From: an uncultured delta proteobacterium
GTDB taxonomy: Bacteria; Myxococcota_A; Polyangia; Polyangiales; JAFGIB01
Length of the DNA stretch: 64,000 nucleotides
Reading direction: 5' to 3'
Assembly (NCBI GenBank): GCA_963778655.1
Contig: CAVZVA010000003.1
Coordinates: 640,001 to 704,000 of the forward strand
Under the pieces are notes generated by a model. That model was not told where the DNA came from, searched no databases, and saw only the letters and a program-made list of their open reading frames with translations. The translations under genes were made by a program, and so were the position numbers. The number at the start of each line of letters is the position of its first letter. Position 1 is the stretch's first letter. This document shows positions 59,052-64,000 of this stretch, in pieces.

Positions 59052-62000
59052 ATGGAAGACGAGCAGCCAGCGGCCCCTTCGACGCCCGCTCGCGCGCCGG
59101 CTTCGAGCCCGGCTGGACGGGCCGGGCCGAGCTCCGGACCCGCGCCACCGAGGCCGTCGTTCGCGCCCAGCGAGCCGCCCGCCAACGTGACGCAGACGCG
59201 TTATCGTGTGCTCTCGGAGCTCGGACGCGGCGGCATGGGCTCGGTCGAGCGCGTCGAGGACACGGCGACCGGACGCACGCTCGCGCTCAAGCGCCTGTTG
59301 CTCGATCCCGAGAGGACGAAGCGCAACGAGCGGCTGCTCGGACACTTCGAGCTCGAATACCACGTCCTTTCGCATCTCAGCCACCCGCGCATCATCAAGG
59401 TCTTCGACTACGGCCGCGACGTGCTGGGCCCCTACTACACGATGGAAGTGCTCGACGGAAAGGATCTCAAGGCGCTGGCGCCGTTGCCTTATCGACAGGC
59501 TTGCGCGGTCGCGCGCGACGTCGTCTCGTCGCTGGCCATCCTGCACGGGCGCGGCTACGTGCACCGCGACGTCACGCCGCAGAACATCCGCTGCAACGAG
59601 GACGGTCAGGCCAAGCTGTTCGACTTCGGCGCCATGTGTCCCGTGGGCGTTCCCAAGGACGTGGTGGGAACGCCGCCCTACGTGTCGCCGGAAGCCCTGC
59701 AGCGCAACGCGCTCGACGGCCGCACGGACCTGTTCGCGCTCGGGTCGACGCTCTATTACGCGCTGACCGGACTTCATGCCTATCCGGCGCGGACCCTGGC
59801 GCAGCTGCCCGACACCTGGCGCTCGGTACCGCGATCTCCGCGCTCGCTGGTGAGCGATGTGCCCGAACGTCTCGACGAGCTGGTCATGGAGCTGCTGAGC
59901 TTGAGCCCGGTGGCGCGCCCGCAGAGCGCGGCGGTCGTCTTCGAGCGCCTGGTCGCGATCGGCGAGCTGCCACGAGACGAGCAGCTGGAGGTGCGCAGCG
60001 CGTATCTGGCGTGCTCCACGCTGGTCGGGTGCGAAGACACGCTCGCGCACCAGCGCGTCGGTCTGCTCAAAGCGATGCGCGGGCGCGGCAACAGCGTGCT
60101 GCTGAGCGGCCCCGCAGGCGCGGGCCGCTCGCGCGCGCTCGACACGCTGGCGCTCGAGTCCAAGATCCTGGGCGCGGTCGTGTTGCGGGCCGATGCTGCG
60201 GATGCCGCCGAGCCGTACGGGGCTCTGCGCAGCCTGGTGCAGCAGCTCGCCGACGCCCGCCCGCAATACTTCGCCCAGCAGCCCGCCCTGAAGCGGCTGC
60301 GCGCCGGGGCCCCGATCTCCGTCGATGAGCGCCAGGCGCTGCTCGAGGCATGGAACGGGTGGATCCTCGGCTACGCCAGAGCGCACCGTCTGGTGATCAC
60401 GGTCGACGACGTGCATCTGCTCGACGAGCCGTCGCTTGCAGGTATCGCCGGCCTCGCCAGCGAGCTCCAGGGCAGCCGCCTGCTGCTGGCCGCGACCCGG
60501 GCTGCGGGCGAGCCGGGAGCTTCGACCGCCGCGATGGAGCTGCTCGCGAGCCATGCCGCCGCCCATGCCCTTGCGCCCCTGTCGTTCGAAAACGTGCACA
60601 AGATGTTGCGGTCGATCTTCGGCGAGGTGCGTGGCCTGCAGGTGCTCGCAGCCGTGCTGTTCGAGCACGCCAAGGGCAACCCGGGGCTCACGATGGAAGC
60701 CGCACAGGCTCTGGTGGATGCCAAGGTGCTGCGCTACGAGGCCGGCGCATGGGTGTTGCCGACGGTCGCCATCGAGGTCGCCGCGGCCCTGCCCCACGAC
60801 CCGGGCCTTAGGGCGCGCCTTGCGGGCTTGACGCGCGACGCTCGTGAGCTCGCGGCCCTGCTCGCGCTCGACGCTCACCGGCAGCTCACGGCCGCCGACT
60901 ACGCCGAGGTCAGCACACACGGCGACGCGACCCGGAGCTACGACGCCCTCGACGCGCTGCTGAGCGCGCGCGTGCTGTGCCGGCGTGGTGAGCGTGTCGA
61001 CTTCGCCCGCACCGACTACTCGACTGAAATCGCGCACGCCCTGCCGGAACAAACCGCAATCGAAGCACACGGCCGTCTGGCGTGCTTTTACCAGCGGATC
61101 GGGCATAGCTCGGCACAGGCGCACCACGCGGCCGCCGCCGGCGACTGGGATGCCGCCGAATGCCTGGCGATCGCGGCCGATACCGACGACCTGTCGGGCA
61201 TCTGGCTGCGCGATCCGACCGCGGCCGCCACCTACGAGGCCGTGATCGCGGCGCGCGCGGCGGCGGACCCGCGCGCGCCCTGTCTGCTGCCGCTGCGTTG
61301 CCGCATGTTCATGCTGTTCATCCGAACCGAGGAGTGGGCGCGCATCGCCCAACAAGGGCCTGCGATCGTGAACGAGCTGGCGGAACGCTGCGGGATCCGG
61401 GACTACGCAGAGCTCGACGCTCAGGCGCCGCAGGAGCGACTGAGCACCGCGATCGCGCGGGTCGAGCAGCGCAATGCGGACAATCTCGCGCGCTGCGGTC
61501 TGGACGCGGCTTCCGGCATGTCGCTGTTGGATGCGCTCAGGCAGCTGCCGACCCTGATGCTGGGCGTGGCAGCAGCGTCGGTGCTCGCCGCCGACCCCGC
61601 GATCGCGACGGATCTGCCCGCGCTGCAGCCGTTCTATCCGCTTTCGCCCGCCTTTCCGCTGGTCGACCGGCTGCGTGTGGCGATCGCGGCCGTCGCAGGG
61701 GGCGACGTGGCGCCCGCGCTGCGCGACATGCGCGCGATTCACGCGGAGCTGTGGGGCGACGCGCACGGCCTGGAGCCCGCAGTCGCCGACAGCCTGCGCC
61801 ACTTCAGCCAGGGCTTCCTGCAGGGGATGGAGGTCACGCTGGGCAGCCCGGCCGTGCTCGAGCGGCTCGACTACACACGCGGGCACAGCGCCAAGCGGGC
61901 GGAGCGCGAGCGCTATGCGTACTACCTGGCCGTCGGCGACGCGGAGATGGCGGCCAAGACCCGCCGCGACCTGGATCGCCTGGAGGTCCAGAGCGGCGCG

Positions 62001-63185
62001 CTGAAGTACTTTCCCCATTGCTGGGAAGTCGAGTTCTCGCTGCACCTGTGCAGCCGCGACGTGCGGGGGATGCGGCGCTGCGAGGAAGAGGCCCGCCGCG
62101 TGGCGAGCGAGCTGCCGCAGTGGCAGGTACGCGCCGAGCTGGCGCGCGTGAGCGCCGCGTTCTTCGGCGCCGCGAACGAGGAAACCGTGGCGAGCGCACG
62201 CCAGCTGGTGGAGCGCTGCGCCCGCGCTACGAGCAACCGCCGCTACGCGATCTACGCGCTGACGCTCGGGCTGATCGACCTGGGGCGCTACGAGGAGGCG
62301 CGCGCGGTGGCGCGCGCGGAGGTCGATTCGCTCGGACGACCGTTGCAATGGCACGACGGCTACGAGCTGATGTGCGGGCTCGCGGAGGCGCATCTAGGAC
62401 TGCACGACGACGCCCGCCGGCATGTCGACTCGCTGTTGCAGCTGTACGCGGAGGCGGGCGTGGGTGGCGTGGTGGCGGGCCACGCGCACGAAAACGCCGC
62501 GTTGATCGCGCTCTACGCGGGCGACCAGGAGCGCTTCGCCGTGCACGCCGCGCACTGCGCCGCGTACTATCGCAGCGGTTTCAACCCGGACCTGACCACC
62601 CGCTACGAAGTCCTGATGCGGCGCGCACGGCAACTGCAGGTGAAGGTGAGCCACAACTTGGCGAAGGCGGCGCGCTTTGCCCAGCGGGAGTCGTCCACGG
62701 AGCTGCTATCCCTGTTTCGCACCGAGCTCAGCACGATCCTCGATCCCGAGAGCCGTCATCGCCATCTATTGAGCCTGCTCGTTCAGCGCACCCGAGCGCG
62801 CGGCGGCCTGCTGTACCTCGCGGATTCCGCCGGCTCGCTGCACAGGGCGGCCGAGCTCGGCAGCTGCGGCACGGGCGCTGAGCTGGACAACGAGGTCTGC
62901 GCGCACTGGCACGCGGATACCCAGAGCGACTGGATAGCGACCGTGACCGCGGATGAGGCATGGGGACAGCTCGGCACGGTGGCCGCGCACGCACCGAACG
63001 TGAAGGAGCACGAGCTGGCGCTGCGCACGCTGATCGGCGGCCACCCCGAGCGTGAGCGGGCTTGCGGCGTGGTGGTGCTGGCGCTTCCCGACACCGAGGC
63101 GCTGCACGCCGAGCGGACGGCCATGGCGGCCCTGGCTCGCCTGCTCCAGGAAGAAGGCGTGAGCGGGCTGCCGCTCAACGAGTGA
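59052..63185 (+). CDS. Ser/Thr protein kinase fused to degenerate AAA and TPR-like regions
   Basis: LGRGGMG, ALK, HRDVTPQN, DFG, GTPPYVSPE; GPAGAGRS, VDDVH, GNPG; start taken at ATG 59052. Confidence 0.88.
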   Translation: MEDEQPAAPSTPARAPASSPAGRAGPSSGPAPPRPSFAPSEPPANVTQTRYRVLSELGRGGMGSVERVEDTATGRTLALKRLLLDPERTKRNERLLGHFELEYHVLSHLSHPRIIKVFDYGRDVLGPYYTMEVLDGKDLKALAPLPYRQACAVARDVVSSLAILHGRGYVHRDVTPQNIRCNEDGQAKLFDFGAMCPVGVPKDVVGTPPYVSPEALQRNALDGRTDLFALGSTLYYALTGLHAYPARTLAQLPDTWRSVPRSPRSLVSDVPERLDELVMELLSLSPVARPQSAAVVFERLVAIGELPRDEQLEVRSAYLACSTLVGCEDTLAHQRVGLLKAMRGRGNSVLLSGPAGAGRSRALDTLALESKILGAVVLRADAADAAEPYGALRSLVQQLADARPQYFAQQPALKRLRAGAPISVDERQALLEAWNGWILGYARAHRLVITVDDVHLLDEPSLAGIAGLASELQGSRLLLAATRAAGEPGASTAAMELLASHAAAHALAPLSFENVHKMLRSIFGEVRGLQVLAAVLFEHAKGNPGLTMEAAQALVDAKVLRYEAGAWVLPTVAIEVAAALPHDPGLRARLAGLTRDARELAALLALDAHRQLTAADYAEVSTHGDATRSYDALDALLSARVLCRRGERVDFARTDYSTEIAHALPEQTAIEAHGRLACFYQRIGHSSAQAHHAAAAGDWDAAECLAIAADTDDLSGIWLRDPTAAATYEAVIAARAAADPRAPCLLPLRCRMFMLFIRTEEWARIAQQGPAIVNELAERCGIRDYAELDAQAPQERLSTAIARVEQRNADNLARCGLDAASGMSLLDALRQLPTLMLGVAAASVLAADPAIATDLPALQPFYPLSPAFPLVDRLRVAIAAVAGGDVAPALRDMRAIHAELWGDAHGLEPAVADSLRHFSQGFLQGMEVTLGSPAVLERLDYTRGHSAKRAERERYAYYLAVGDAEMAAKTRRDLDRLEVQSGALKYFPHCWEVEFSLHLCSRDVRGMRRCEEEARRVASELPQWQVRAELARVSAAFFGAANEETVASARQLVERCARATSNRRYAIYALTLGLIDLGRYEEARAVARAEVDSLGRPLQWHDGYELMCGLAEAHLGLHDDARRHVDSLLQLYAEAGVGGVVAGHAHENAALIALYAGDQERFAVHAAHCAAYYRSGFNPDLTTRYEVLMRRARQLQVKVSHNLAKAARFAQRESSTELLSLFRTELSTILDPESRHRHLLSLLVQRTRARGGLLYLADSAGSLHRAAELGSCGTGAELDNEVCAHWHADTQSDWIATVTADEAWGQLGTVAAHAPNVKEHELALRTLIGGHPERERACGVVVLALPDTEALHAERTAMAALARLLQEEGVSGLPLNE

Positions 63186-63430
63186 GCCCGCACAGCGGCG
63201 CGCGAGCAACGGCGCCCCTCATCGGAGGCGTAGTTGTTCGGATCGCTCAACGCTGGCCTCAAGGAGTACGTGGCCGCGCTGGCCGCGCTGGCCACGCCTC
63301 TGCTCGGGGCGCGCGACGCTGGAAAATGGCCGAACCTCCGGCCAGCGGCGCCCTCACGACACTCGATGTGCTACGGAAGCTGGAGCCCCGCATCGCCGGC
63401 AGGTCCGGGCGCGGGGAGGCCTCGCAGGCG

Positions 63431-64000
63431 ATGAAGATCTCCAGCTCGTCCCCCCGGCTCCTGCGCACGCTGACCTTCTCCGTCTCCGCGCTGGTGTTGT
63501 CGCAGGTGATGAGCCAGCGGGCGCGCGCATCCGGGGGCTTGTGGTCCTCGCAAGACCCGCCCGTGCACCAGGCCGCCGACGAGATCATCTTCGTGGACAA
63601 CCCGGGCTCCACGCTGACAGCCATCATCCGGATCAACTACGCCGGTCCGGCGCAGCGATTCGCCTGGCTGATTCCCGTGCCGGGAAAGCCGACGGTGGCG
63701 GTCTCCTCGAGCACGGTGTTCCAGCGGCTCGATGCGGCGACCGCGCCCCAATACTGGCTCGAGGTCGGCGGCGACGGCAGCTGCATGCGGCAAGACGCCC
63801 AGGACGCGGGATCCGCGCAGGACTACGGGACGGCCGGCGCCCCGAGCGCACCCGGCGCCACGACGGCGCCGATCGTGGTGATCGATCAGGGTTCGGTCGA
63901 CCCCTATGACTACGTCGACATCGCGGTCGATCCGACCCTCGACGATCCGGCGCAAGCCGCGACCGACTGGTTGACTTCGAACGGCTACGATCTGACCAGC
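63431..64000 (+). CDS. DUF2330-like secreted protein (3' end truncated by window edge)
   Basis: Absent from the ORF track; manual translation gives MKISSSSPRL..PVHQAADEIIF..INYAGPAQRFAWLIPVPGKP..FQRLDAATAP..DWLTSNGY, open to the window end. Confidence 0.8.
   Translation, partial: MKISSSSPRLLRTLTFSVSALVLSQVMSQRARASGGLWSSQDPPVHQAADEIIFVDNPGSTLTAIIRINYAGPAQRFAWLIPVPGKPTVAVSSSTVFQRLDAATAPQYWLEVGGDGSCMRQDAQDAGSAQDYGTAGAPSAPGATTAPIVVIDQGSVDPYDYVDIAVDPTLDDPAQAATDWLTSNGYDLTS

Noticed and set aside
59031..62393. 1120-aa minus-strand ORF
   Set aside because: Antisense shadow of the kinase gene with no recognisable motifs
63371..63955. Minus-strand 194-aa ORF at the window end
   Set aside because: Shadow of the plus-strand DUF2330-like gene starting at 63431

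Overview
This is a high-GC, gene-dense bacterial window. It looks myxobacterial (inference): Cys-rich 'CGDG..E.CDDGN' repeat/fibro-slime protein, FHA-GGDEF, kinase-AAA-TPR, a DUF2330-like gene, and many lipoproteins with Gly/Ala/Thr-rich linkers. About 44 credible CDSs are present. I recognised no rRNA, tRNA, CRISPR-Cas, integrase or transposase gene. The two best candidate systems are: (1) a ~13.6 kb divergent cluster (35066-48702) with an OleA-like condensing enzyme lacking oleBCD, a PAPS-dependent sulfotransferase, an arylsulfate sulfotransferase-like lipoprotein, and a trans-envelope lipid route (MMPL/RND, LolA-like, OM barrel, FadL-like), which may make, shuttle and export a sulfated lipid; (2) an operon (48725-53483) coupling an NrfD/NrfC-type quinol module and a tetraheme cytochrome to a lipoprotein with 27 CxxCH motifs, with no catalytic subunit. 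Other highlights are a membrane-anchored protein with mirrored acidic/basic beta-strand halves, a PETase-like lipoprotein, a PHM-like copper monooxygenase lipoprotein, a triuret-hydrolase-like gene with permease, a ~7.2 x 109-bp tandem array next to a CTAG-bounded MITE-like element, and several dispersed palindromes and operator-like sites. All family calls come from motif recognition by eye, not from database searches.
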